Shown here in pieces: positions 23,083 to 33,970 of a stretch of 44,593 bases of DNA. Position 1 is the first letter of the stretch. Each line of letters starts with the position of its first letter. This DNA is from Rotaria sp. (lineage: Eukaryota), in assembly GCA_905250055.1 (NCBI GenBank), contig CAJNOF010000027.1, positions 844,618-889,210 on the forward strand, read 5' to 3'. The notes beneath the pieces are model-generated. The model was not told the DNA's origin. It made no database searches and saw nothing but the letters and a program-made list of their open reading frames with translations. The position numbers and the translations under genes were made by a program.

Positions 23083-24175
23083 TTACAACCATATGCCTTT
23101 CCCTTGCTTGGGAAAGATAAAATGAAGGTCAAGACTATTAACATTGTTCAGTTCTTTGATGATCGTTTTTCGTGCATTCTTCTCTGGCTTTATATGTGTG
23201 ATGATGATTTTGACATTATTGATGTCTTGATATGCATTCAACACACTGAGCTCTTTCAAAAGCCACTCGGGCGTCAGATGACCGAATAATTGGTTGCTTG
23301 AACATCCATTCGAATATGAAACTTCAATGAAGATAGCTTTAAGTTTACCATCAGCAATTAGTGGAGCCATCGCTTGCCATACTTGCTTGAGGTAATTAGA
23401 TGAAAACGTCGTATTATTAGGCAATATTTCCTTTTCAACATCGCCTACCAGTATCACTTACATAGAGTATAGAAGCCGAAGGTTGAGACCAACGGGAGAT
23501 CAAAAATGCCGAACTGAGATACGGCCAAACATGACAAAGACGAAAGATGCGTACATCAAAGTCGGTGCCAGGAATCGGAACCAAAGTGAATGAAAATGGA
23601 TTAAGTATTTGATAACTATATGTCTAGATAAGAAAATGAAGTGTATAAGTGTATTTGATTTCAGTACTCACATACTTTTAGACCGACGGGACCAAAATTG
23701 ATCCAAGCTTTATTATTGAAATAGTTCTATTGAATGATTTGAATTGTTTCATTGAGTTCAATAATAAATTTCCCTGCTTTATCATTCGGATTATTCAGAA
23801 GAAACCCAGAGGTATGATCGAGATGAGCATGTGAAATCAAATAGGCCTTGATTTGATCTTGAATAAACATATTTACATCTGTATGTGCTGGTAAAGATTC
23901 TTGCTCGATCGCCATCCTAAAAACCGAAAAAATGTCTAGTAGTCTTGGCATCCTAAAAAGTGTCAAAACGATTTGTTTACCTGATTTCATGTCGTATGGT
24001 ACCAGCATCGAGAGCTATGTAGGCTGATGGTAGATTATAGCCATTAACAGATGCAAGTAGATACGCTGAAAGATTATCTTCCTCAAGACCACCATTTGTA
24101 CCGAGTGGAAGAACATAAAAAGATGGTGGTTTTCACGAACCACGCATTGATTCAGTGATGGTTGCAATCCGAACA
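23083..24175 (-). pseudogene. class II 3',5'-cyclic-nucleotide phosphodiesterase-like gene (yeast Pde1 / Dictyostelium PdsA type, HxHLDH metallo-hydrolase fold), apparently disrupted by frameshifts and stop codons
   Basis: Minus-strand segments are collinear with yeast Pde1:
- about 24150-24010: ...SFYVLPLGTNGGLEEDNLSAYLLASVNGYNLPSAYIALDAGT, matching ITILGANGGPTEYGTQCFIL...LIAVDGGAG.
- then a frame change into MKSGKQIV...AYLISHAHLDHTSGFLLNNPNDKAGKFIIELNETIQIIQ*, which includes the HxHLDH motif. This is track ORF 23727-24008.
- a stop after IIQ, then a possible GTATGTGAG...TAG intron, followed by ...LVPIPGTDFDVRIFRLCHVWPYL (compare GLPHTIDVLQKHVFNDLIWPDL).
- a further frame change into ILVGDVEKEILP...NQLFGHLTPEWLLKELSVLN...VKIIITHIKPE... 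(compare IIVCGDVEQD...EQLYGHLSPIYLINELSNLN...NVIVTHVKS). This is track ORF 23083-23457.
At least two frame disruptions and one stop cannot be removed by plausible introns. Confidence 0.5.
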
Positions 24176-27100
24176 AGTAGAATAACAAAAGAACGAAATA
24201 ATATCATGATACTTTTTCACCAACAATATAAAAAGCAATAGTTTTTATCTGGAATGTGAAAAATTGCTGACAAACAAACCATCATCAATTTGTGAGATAG
24301 GTGAACAATTATACAACAGGATTATGAATCCATAGTCTTAGTGACTGAACTATTTATCATGATTCAGTCTCTATGAATTATTTTAAGTTCCTATTCTCAT
24401 GCTTCACTTTCGCTATCCGAGTTTCATAGACAATTGATTACTGATTGTTAATTGTTATGTAATGCCTAAAATATCGAACGTGAAAACTATTTGCAGGGAA
24501 ATAACTTTGTGGTTTCAACTAAAACTATTCATAATATATATATAAGTAAAGCTCTTTTAAAACGGAAGTTAGTATAAATGATAACAAATATGTAACAATC
24601 ACTTATAGAATTATCAGATTTTTTTCAAAATATGAAGAGTATAATTGAATACTTTCGAAAATAATCATCGATAATATGAAGAAATTCTCAAAAACATTTC
24701 TTCTCTTTTATTCTGTACAGATGTTTTTTTTAATAACTTTGATCAAAAGGCAACTTGAAATCTATAAATAATTGATTGACTTCGTTAAGAGTCAAATCAA
24801 TTTTTTTTAGTTTTCCTGCACCAGTAAAAAATTCGATTAGAAATTCTTCAACTCGATGCTATATCAGCTTTCTAAGATGTACCTTCAACTATTCCACCAC
24901 TTTAATTTTCAGTAAGCTGTAACCATTGTAAAAATCATTCTGTTTGACATGTTTTGTAGTATGACAATTATACGTGTAAGAGCTACTTCAATATAGATTG
25001 GCGATTACATTTGCTGACTATCCTTAACGAGAACTTTGTTGAAATTGCTTTCTCTTAATACAAAATATCTCGTTTTCTACTTTTGTTGTGTTGTAGCTTT
25101 TCTGGATTGTCAACTTTTTATTTATTCTTAGTCTAATAATGTTAGAAATCAAGTGTACTTACGTGCTAAGTAATAGTTGTGTATGCGAGTTTTGTTTTGT
25201 GTGCTCGAAAATGATTGGCATCGTATTTTTCGTTGACAAAATTGCTTGTTTTTTTTCACCTCACGAATGTTTACGCGACTCAATGAAGCATGATATTTTT
25301 ATAATGAAAGTGATTTATTTTATATACAGGCACTCACCGTTCTGTGTATACCTGTCTTCCAACTTTATTTTTCTACATTTGTCTTTCTTTACGTTTCGTG
25401 TTCTTAGGATAAAAAACTATATTTTGTTACTTGTATACACAAGTGCATTACACTTGAATCTCGAAGCTACTGTCCCATATGAAATGAAAAAATAGTCTTC
25501 TGATTTCATATAAGACAAATATTAGCACTGTATTTATAACCATCAGTTTTCTACTCAATAGTTTTCTTCGCTCATAAGAATCGCTTGATAGAATTGCATT
25601 GTACAATTTAATGACAGATGATTTTTTTCTAAGAAGTATCTGGGGTAAGGACGAAAATCATATGCAAGATCATAATGGTTGCCCTTATTAGGTGTGAAAT
25701 AAATGGAATATTGTGTTGTTTGTTATAAAATCGTCTGTGAATCTTGAATTGCTATTCGAGCAAAGTGTTTCACCATAACTTTTCCAGATAGAATTTATGA
25801 AACAGCAGAAAAGTTCCGTGGTGTGAGCCAATCCCAGCTGCTGATTGTAGAAAATCAGAAACGAAAAGTGTCAATATTAGGTTCCTTTTTCTTTTATTTT
25901 AAAAACGATTACGAGTCTAAATTTTTCCACAAAAAAAAACACAAACAATCAAAAAAATAAAACAAAAACTCACAATAAAAACAATAAATATCTTTTAATA
26001 ACAGAAAGTAGTAACTTTCATCGAAGAGAAGAAATACCATAATCATAAGTCTCTTCACTGAAGTAAAAAACAAGTACCTTATGTTTCTAACTAGAGAAGA
26101 GAGAATGGTCCATTTATACAAAAAATTTACAGATGGTGATCCTAAAAGTCAATGATAGCCACAAAACGCTGCCCGACGGTTTTTCTCTCACAAAAAATGT
26201 TCACGTTTGAAGATCAGACCATGTCTTACTCGCGCAGAGTACAAAAGGTCAATTGATCAATAATTGTTTGAAACTGAATGATTGCGAAAGTATCAAATAT
26301 GAAATTCGCCCGGAGCAATGAATCCATGCTCAACATATGGTTTTCTGTTCGTTTTGATCGCTGAATCTGGCTCGTTCGAGAAAACAAGTTGACTGAACAG
26401 TGTCATTGGGAACCATGTATTGCGCTTTGTTGAGTAGAGGAATAATCGACAATGGTCACAGAATATGGATATGGGTGTTGATCTGTTCAGCGGGAAGTAC
26501 ACTTACACTTCGTAACCACATCCTCTTTATGAAATACAACTAGAAAACACTCTGGAAGCTCTTTAATCATATACAAGAACACTAACACGATTTATCGCGA
26601 TTTATGATAAGATCAGAGGAACAGGATGTCGAGGTGTCTGTCACGGGCATAAAAAGATTACATCACCATCGAAAATGTACATTTTTCGGACTTGATGATT
26701 TCAAATCTATTTCAAGTTCAAAATGCTAAATGCAAGAATAAAAACTATTGGCAAGATCTAAAGCTAAAGCAAGAATATTGGAATATGTCGACGATTTCAG
26801 AAGTCCACTTTTCACCTTATTGAATCTACAGGTCTGTCAATGTTTGCAAGGTGAATTTTGGAGAAGGCTAGTTTAGCTTATTTTTCTCGTTGTATAACGT
26901 TATCTTAATCCATGTTCAACATGGTCTTTTACAACAAATAATAAATAAATTTCCTTGTCGTTTTCTAGCCTCCCACTGACGATTTCTTAGTCATGAGAGA
27001 TATTCATGTTACAACCGGATCTCGTCAAAATGACTAAGAACTTAGAAAAGCAAATACGAAACAAATCATTGAAGTACTTTTTACTTTAGTGTGAACATGT

Positions 27101-27584
27101 GTCTTGGTACAAGCTAGAATGAAATACATAGCATGCATTTCCCTTTGACAAATTTACTTATGGGCGACAACATACTAAAAGAATCATTTTTCATGTTGCC
27201 ATTAGATAAAAAAATAGGTGTACAGAAGTATCTAACTCTCATCTCACTAATTAAGAGCCAAAATATTGAGGTAATTGAAACCAGATACCTATATGGTGTA
27301 TAAAAAAAGACTAATGTGTTAATCAAATCATTGAATTGTTTTGAACTGCTAATGAAAATCAAAATAGTTATTCAATCAGTGAGATTAAAATGCACTTTTA
27401 GAAGTCTGCATGGAATCAGTCCGAGAGAAAATACGTTTATTTCTTAAAAAGAAAAATATACTTATTCGAAAATAAATCGGAATAAAAATGATCGATCAAG
27501 GCAACAATCCATGTATTGTCGCAAAAATTTCTCGCTTCGTATTTTCATACATTGTTAGTCGCATGGTACAAGACTAACTATAAG

Positions 27585-29455
27585 TTCCGGGATGTATGAC
27601 ATCCCCCTCATCCTCGACCATTTTCCATGAAATTTTTACCAGAGATAGAGCTTAAAAAACTGTGATTGCCAACATCGACTCGAACTCTTTTTGACTAAGA
27701 TGATATGAAGTTATGAGTCAAACATTAGTTTCATCTCTGCTTACGTGTCAATCAATGTTCACGGTTTTTATGAAAAAAATCGAGAGGCTAGAAGTCTTAT
27801 TTAATCTGTAAGTTGCTTCTTAGTCTGCCAATATCAATTAATTTCGCGTTACAGGAATACGTAGTGCACATTTATTGTTTATAATTCTATGCAATTTTAT
27901 ACATGCAATTTCTCAAAGCGCTCTCTTCTTCTACTAATTATTGATTGGTCAATAATCTAACACAGTAGCTTTTATGCGGAAAAGTATAAATAAGCAAAGA
28001 AAAATAGTGAAATTATCTCAATCTACACCATTTAAAGTCTCTTTTGCTGATGCCCCTCCCTCTTCGCAAACGCTACGAAATTGTCTTTCTCGCCAACCAC
28101 AAGAATGGCCCAAAACTTGGTCCTCATAAGATTGCCAAGATCGGAAAATGTAATCTGAAGACCGTCATTCGCTGGCTAAATCGTTGGAAAGAAACAAAAG
28201 ATCTCTCCGAGTGTTATCAATCCGGAGCGCTGCGAACGACTACTACTGAACAAGATCAAATGATTGTCGACATGGCCTCTTGCAGAAATTAACGCAACAA
28301 GCAAGACCATCCAGCAAGAACTCCAGAACAGCGAAGTTCATGTGAGTGATCGTACAGTTCGACGACGACTGAAGAATGCTGACCTCAAGTACTCAAAGCC
28401 TTTATCAAAACCCCTCCTTAGCGAACATTATCGATCAAAGCGTTTAGCATGGGCCAGATCGATGGAAAATTACGACTGGAGTCGAGTGATGGCCACTGAC
28501 GAAACAACAATTCATCTCCATGCCAAACAAAAGTACACATGGCAGCGACCAGATCAGAGAAAAGTTGTTCGAACAGTCAAATATCCCTTAAAAATTAACG
28601 TTTGGGGCTGTTTGCCATCAATGGGATTTGGGCGAGTGTTTTATTTCCAGAACAGCTTAAACAGTGGATTCATTTGCCACAAACTCTATTGAAAAGCTCT
28701 TCTTCCTTCCACTCACGTACACTTCGGACAATCTCAATGGTTTTTACTCGAAGACAACGACCCCGAACATCGATCGAACTACACCAACTATTGGAAGTCT
28801 ACTCGACAAATTGTAACTCTACCTTGACCATCTTGGAGTCCTGATGTCAATCCAATTGAAAACTTCTGGTCTCTGCTCAAGGTAACAGTTGCTCAACAAC
28901 TACGAACTACACACAGAGATTTGATCGATGCTATAAACAACGAGTGGAGAGAGCCGCTTTATCAGCTGGCATTCAATCTTGTGAACAGCATAAAACGTCG
29001 TTTTCAAGCGGTGATCGCTTTGTCTGATGATTATACGCATTATTGAGGGTCACTTGGAAACTTTTCGTCTTGTACAGTATATTATGTAGCTTAAAGTTAA
29101 GAAAAATAAAAACAAGAGTCATATGAAATTCTTTCCTTTACAACTCCTTGCGAAAAAGACGTTCAATACGGGCGTTTTTAGAGAAAAGTCGACTAGCATT
29201 AAATAGTTACGAAATAACTTGGAGATTAAACAAGACTTCTAGTCTCTCGATGTTTGTTATAAAACCGTTAATATTGATTGACACGTAAGCAGAGATGAAA
29301 CTAATGTTTGAGTCATAACTCCATACTATCTCAGTCAATAGAGTTCGAGTCGATGCTGGCGATCACAGTTTTTTAAGCTCTATCTCTGGTAAAAATTCCA
29401 TGGAAAATGGTCGAGGATGAGGGGGAATATTATACATCCCGGGACTTATGGCCAG
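27585..29455 (+). mobile_element. Tc1/mariner-family DNA transposon, about 1.87 kb, with unusually long roughly 280-bp terminal inverted repeats (about 27585-27860 and 29180-29455) and a degenerate transposase
   Basis: The left end ...aagttccgggatgtatgacatccccctcatcctcgaccattttccatgaaatttttaccagagatagagcttaaaaaactgtgattgccaacatcgactcgaactc... is the reverse complement of the right end ...gagttcgagtcgatgctggcgatcacagttttttaagctctatctctggtaaaaattccatggaaaatggtcgaggatgagggggaatattatacatcccgggactt, about 90 percent identical. The pairing extends inward through gcttacgtgtcaatcaat...ctagaagtct. The internal ORFs encode a Tc1-type transposase. Confidence 0.85.
28044..29045 (+). pseudogene. Tc1-like DDE transposase split over three reading frames (at least two frameshifts); inactive copy
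   Basis: Frame a (28044-28292) carries an HTH/paired-like N-terminus (...IVFLANHKNGPKLGPHKIAKIGKCNLKTVIRWLNRWKETKDL...). Frame b (28264-28692) has ...DRTVRRRLKNADLKYSKPLSKPLLSEHYRSKRLAWARSMENYDWSRVMATDETTIHLHAKQKYTWQRP...INVWGC (first catalytic D). Frame c around 28735-29045 has FLLEDNDPEHRS (second D) and ...WPSWSPDVNPIENFWSLLK... (the canonical Tc1 E region), through ...AVIALSDDYTHY*. Confidence 0.8.
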
Positions 29456-29559
29456 TAGTGTATTTGTAGGGCTCAGGATATTGAAATGTAGGCGTGGAGG
29501 TAGGCCATATCTTGGTACGCACTTCCGCCTGTGAACCGACAAACACCTGAAACCAGAGC

Positions 29560-29700
29560 TCTTCTCGGCGACAACACCTCGCATTCATATCACCACCTTC
29601 AAATTTCCATGTATCACACCCTACATCTACACTCACATTCACACCCCTACATTCCACAACCACATCCACTCACACCCACACCCCAGCTCTCTACTCACAG
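29560..29700. repeat. CA-rich low-complexity tract (degenerate CACMC units) immediately outside the right end of the Tc1-like element
   Basis: The tract is ...tcacaccctacatctacactcacattcacacccctacattccacaaccacatccactcacacccacaccccagc.... The track ORFs 29363-29584 and 29430-29669 here are spurious. Confidence 0.6.
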
Positions 29701-29945
29701 AATTTAAAATGGCTTTATTATTGTTGGAAATTTTTTCTCATAATTCTGGGTTTCTTACTGATGAATCATTTAAAGTAGCTTGTGTTTTATTTCAATAGCT
29801 TGTGAGACGAAAGAAGGTGGGTATTGTGCAATAACAACAAGGGAAAGAAAAATAAGGTGTGGTTTTTTCTCTTCTGTCTATAGTGGGAGAAATTTGTCGT
29901 GACACACAAACCCCATCTACACTTTTGACTACTTTCATTCTTCGA

Positions 29946-29955
29946 TTTTTATAAG
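29946..29955 (+). promoter_or_regulatory. TATA-like element (tttttataag) about 80 bp upstream of the MVP-1 ATG
   Basis: The call rests on position and sequence only, and A/T-rich matches are common in this genome. Confidence 0.2.
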
Positions 29956-30032
29956 AAGACATTTGTCAACACGCACGCATAATTGTTCATTATTGCTCAT
30001 ATATATATATATACATATAGGAAAAAATTGAT

Positions 30033-33000
30033 ATGAGTACTACTTCATCAAGTACTACCAATGAAAGCAATGCTACAGGACCCGTGTATCGGATTCCACC
30101 TTATTATTATATACATGTGTTAGATCAAAACACCAATATCACGCGCCTCGAAACAGGTCCAAAGACTTTTATTAAGCAGGATAATGAAATGGTCACGGTG
30201 GGCCCAGAAAAAATGATCATCATTCCGTCAGTGTCTATTCGGTAACACGAAAAACTAAAATATTATTTTTGATTTTTGTAGTCCGCTACATTATTGTATT
30301 GTCGAATCGCCAGTGATACGTAATGAGGAAGGTGAAGTGGAATTTGACGAAAATGGTCAAGCAAAATTAGTCCATGCCGAAATCGATATTCGTCTGACAC
30401 AGCCTGATCAAACTCCATTTCCTCTCTATCCAGGAGAAATTCTTCGCCAGGTATAAAATTTTGAAAACATTGTTTACGCATATAAACTCTTATTTATAGC
30501 CTGTGACTGCACTTACAGTCGTTCCAGCTAATTCAGCACTGCGATTAAAAGCTATACTTGATTTTGAAGATTCACACAAGGAACAACGACGAGCCGGTGA
30601 TGAATGGATGTTCGAAGGTCCAGCTACCTATATTCCTCGTAAAGAAGTCAATGTCGAACAACAAATTCAAGCAACTATTATTGGTCCCAATCAAGCCATT
30701 CGACTTTATGCCAAAAAAGAACTTATCGATCGATCAGGTCAACATCGTGTCACGGGAGAAGAGTGGCTAATTAAGAAGACCGGTGCCTATTTGCCACTAG
30801 CTTATGTAACTTCTCTAGTATTTTGTGTTACTCGCTAACTATCTATTTCAATCTTATAGGAAACAGTTGTATCAGTTCAAAATGCCTATGCTTTAACTGA
30901 GAAAAAAGCTCTTCATCTTCGGGCCCTTAAAACTTTCATTGACGATTTTGATAAGCAACGTTTGAGTGGAGAAGAATGGCTTGTGACGCATGTTGATACG
31001 GAAACACATATTCTTAATATATATGAAGAACTTGTTGCAGTTGTCGATGCAATCACACTCAATTCACGGCAATATTGTATCATTCTCGATCCAGTTATCG
31101 ATGGCAAACCACAACTCGGAAGAAAGGTTGATATTTTATGGGATATTATTAAGCGGTCAGTAAAATAAATGAAATGGTCAGGAAAATATATGAAATGATC
31201 AGTAAGATAAATGGTCAGTAAAAAATGTATAAATAATCAGTAAAAAGATTAAATGGACAGTACTTAGATTATCACTCGTATAAAAAAAGATAGGAAAAAA
31301 TCTGATTTTAATCGATTTTTTTGTGATTAAAAATCGATTAAAATGGGACAGTTTTAACCAGGTTTTTAATCAAACTAGTGATTAAAATAAATTAAATTTA
31401 TAAATATGCATTTTAACCGATTAAAATTTTTTCATTGACTATTTTACTCAATTTCAGTCAGATTATTCGATTTTTAATCTATTAAAATCAATTAAAATTT
31501 TTAAATCGATTTTAATCAATTCTAATAGTTTTTCTTTTTAAATGAATAAGTACCAATTGATATCGAGTCTTGAAGCATGGAATTTATGTCAAAGGTCGAT
31601 CTAGCATCATATCTACTAATTTTCCGAGGCAAGGAGTCCGAAAAAGCGATCGAACATCTGAGTTTTCAACATAAAGTTTGAGAAAACGCATTTTACCGTC
31701 GCCGCCATTAAAATTAATATTTATAAATTTAATTTATTTTAATCACTGGTTTGATTTAAAAAATCGATTAAAATAAGATTTTTTCCAATCTTTTTTTATA
31801 TGAGTGGTAATCTAAGTACTGACCATTTAATCTTTTTACTGATCATTTATACAATTTTTACTGATCATTTATACACTTTTTACTGACCATTTATTTTACT
31901 GACCATTTCATCTATTTTACTGATCATTTAATTTATTTTACTGACCGCTTAAATAGTAGCCATATTTTATCAAGAGGTAATTATAAGAAAATATGATACA
32001 ATTGTTTCATTTAGAAAATGGTGTGTGGCGAAACATCATTCTTTCTCCAACCCGGTGAAAATCTCTTGAAAGGCATTCAAAACGTTTTTATTTTGGGTGA
32101 AGACGAAGGTGTTATTGTCAAATGTAATGAAAGGTTCGAGGATGAACATGCAAAAAAAGTGCGTATTCCGGGTGAACGATGGATGATTCGAGGACCAACG
32201 TATGTAACTTTTCCTTTATTTAAGAACATTTTGAATATGTAGCTATTTAATTTGAACTCTTAGTGAATATATTCCACCAACTCAAGTGGAAGTTGTCAAT
32301 CGACAAAAAGCAATACCATTAGATGAAAATGAAGGTATATATGTTCGTAATATCAAAAGTGGCCGTGTTCGAGCAGTCATCGGTGAAACTTACATGTTAA
32401 CACAAGATGAAGAACTTTGGGACAAAGAATTACCCGAACAAATTGAATATTTACTTACGCGTGATCCATTAACCGAGCGCTATTCTGCTATGCGTGGATT
32501 GACTTCGGTCAACAGTACATTGACGACTACTACCTTAAATAGTCAATCGAATAGCTCGACATCAAATAGTATTAAACGTGATAAGTGGAAATTGATCACA
32601 TATCGTGTTCCACATAATGCGGCCGTTCAAATCTATGATTACAAACGGAAGACAGCTCGTATTGTCTTCGGTCCAGAACTTGTCATGCTAGAACCTGATG
32701 AACATTTTACTCTGATTTCTCTGAGCGGTGGCATACCGAAAAAACCTAATCAAGTTAACTCCCTTTGTCTACTACTCGGTCCAAATTTCTTCACTGATAG
32801 CATCGATATTGAGACAGCTGATCATGCTCGTCTATCCCTTCAACTTGCCTACAGTAATTCAAAAACATAGAAAAAAAACATTCAATAACACACATGATTG
32901 ATTATTCTTTATTTTTCAGACTGGCACTTTGAAGTGAAAGACACACATGATAAGCAAGAAGCGGCTAAACTATTTTCGGTGCCTGATTTTGTCGGGGATA

Positions 33001-33970
33001 TATGCAAAGCTATTGCTTCACGTATCCGTGGTGCTGTAGCTGGTACTCAATTTGATGATTTCCACAAGAACTCCGCTCACATCATTCGTGAGTCTGTGTT
33101 TGGTCTTGATACGAATCAGTGTGTACGCGATCAAATTGTCTTTCCACAAAATAATCTGATCATTACATCGATTGATATTCAAAATGTTGAACCTGTCGAT
33201 CCACGTACGCGTGATGCCCTACACAAGAGTGTTCAACTTGCCATTGAGGTATGGAATTGAATAGTTTGTTTCTATCAAAATAAGAATACCAATTTCTCTA
33301 TTAGATAACGACTAATTCGCAAGAAGCCGCTGCTAAACATGAAGCTTCACGTCGTGAACAAGAAGCTAGAGGTTTCTTAGAACGACAACGTATTAAAAAT
33401 GAAGCTGAAGCTGAAAAGATTCGACAACTATTACTCGAATCACAAGCGCTATCGGCGGCTATAGAATTAAGTGGCCAAACCAAAGCAGAAGCTTTGAGTC
33501 GTGCTGAATCAAAGCGTATTGAAGGTGAAACAGCCGTTCACCAAGGTATTCTTTTCTATATTTACATCAAGAAAGCTTAGTCTTTTTCTCGATCTATTGC
33601 AGCACGTCGCAAAGCTGAAGCGACCAAAATTGAATCTGAAGCTGAATTGGCCCGTTTGAAATTAGTACGCGAAGGTGAAATCAAGTTTTTACGCGAACAA
33701 AATGAACTAGAAATTAAGAAAAAAACAGAACTGTCTCAAATTGAAACTGAAAAATTTAAATTACAAGTCGAATCAATTGGTCCTTCGACTATTCAAAGTA
33801 TTGCTACATCGGGTCCTGAAACTCAAGTCAAACTTTTGCAAGCACTAGGAATACAATCAATGCTTGTTACCGATGGTAAAAGTCCTATCAATCTCATGGG
33901 CTTTGGACAAGGTCTACTCGGCGGTTTTAGCAAATCGTCATGTAATCAACTAGGCGCAAACAATTACTAA
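30033..33970 (+). CDS. MVP: major vault protein paralog 1 (MVP-1), 9 coding exons: about 30033-30226, 30282-30450, 30500-30805, 30860-31126, 32015-32209, 32264-32853, 32920-33248, 33305-33545 and 33603-33970 (about 885 aa)
   Basis: The gene is collinear with human MVP over its full length:
- exon 1: [65 protein letters not shown], matching [22 protein letters not shown]...MVTVPP, with a GTCAGT donor.
- exon 2: [11 protein letters not shown]...[18 protein letters not shown].
- exon 3: ...[37 protein letters not shown]...[20 protein letters not shown].
- exon 4: ...[55 protein letters not shown].
- exon 5: [32 protein letters not shown]...[12 protein letters not shown].
- exon 6: [57 protein letters not shown]...[85 protein letters not shown].
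- exon 7: [62 protein letters not shown]...[17 protein letters not shown].
- exon 8: [30 protein letters not shown]....
- exon 9: cap-helix coiled coil through ...[49 protein letters not shown]...*.
All introns are GT-AG. Seven are 36-59 nt; intron 4 is about 890 nt and contains a foldback element. Confidence 0.9.
31170..31960. mobile_element. foldback-type element inside MVP-1 intron 4. The inverted arms (about 31170-31440 and 31700-31960) are themselves built of roughly 15-20-bp tandem subrepeats (aaatggtcagtaaaa-like units).
   Basis: The left arm tgaaatggtcaggaaaatatatgaaatgatcagtaagataaatggtcagtaaaaaatgtataaataatcagtaaaaagattaaatggacagtacttagattatcactcgtataaaaaaagataggaaaaaatctgattttaatcgatttttt... 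is the reverse complement of the right arm ...aaaaaatcgattaaaataagattttttccaatctttttttatatgagtggtaatctaagtactgaccatttaatctttttactgatcatttatacaatttttactgatcatttatacactttttactgaccatttattttactgaccatttcatc.... Inner pairs include tcgattaaaa/ttttaatcga and gattaaaat/attttaatc. There is no ORF. This architecture, with tandem subrepeats inside inverted arms, is typical of foldback elements. Confidence 0.8.

Noticed and set aside
29363-29669. Track ORFs 29363-29584 and 29430-29669 (-)
   Set aside because: They lie across the Tc1 right inverted repeat and the CA-rich low-complexity tract. The peptides are compositionally biased (His/Pro/Cys/Val from CACACC repeats) and have no domain signal.
30558-31107. 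Track ORFs 30558-30770 (+), 30913-31107 (-) and 30962-31168 (+) overlapping MVP-1 exons
   Set aside because: These are alternative-frame or antisense reads through genuine MVP-1 coding sequence, or read-through into the intron (30962-31168 ends ...[13 protein letters not shown] in the intron), with no independent homology.
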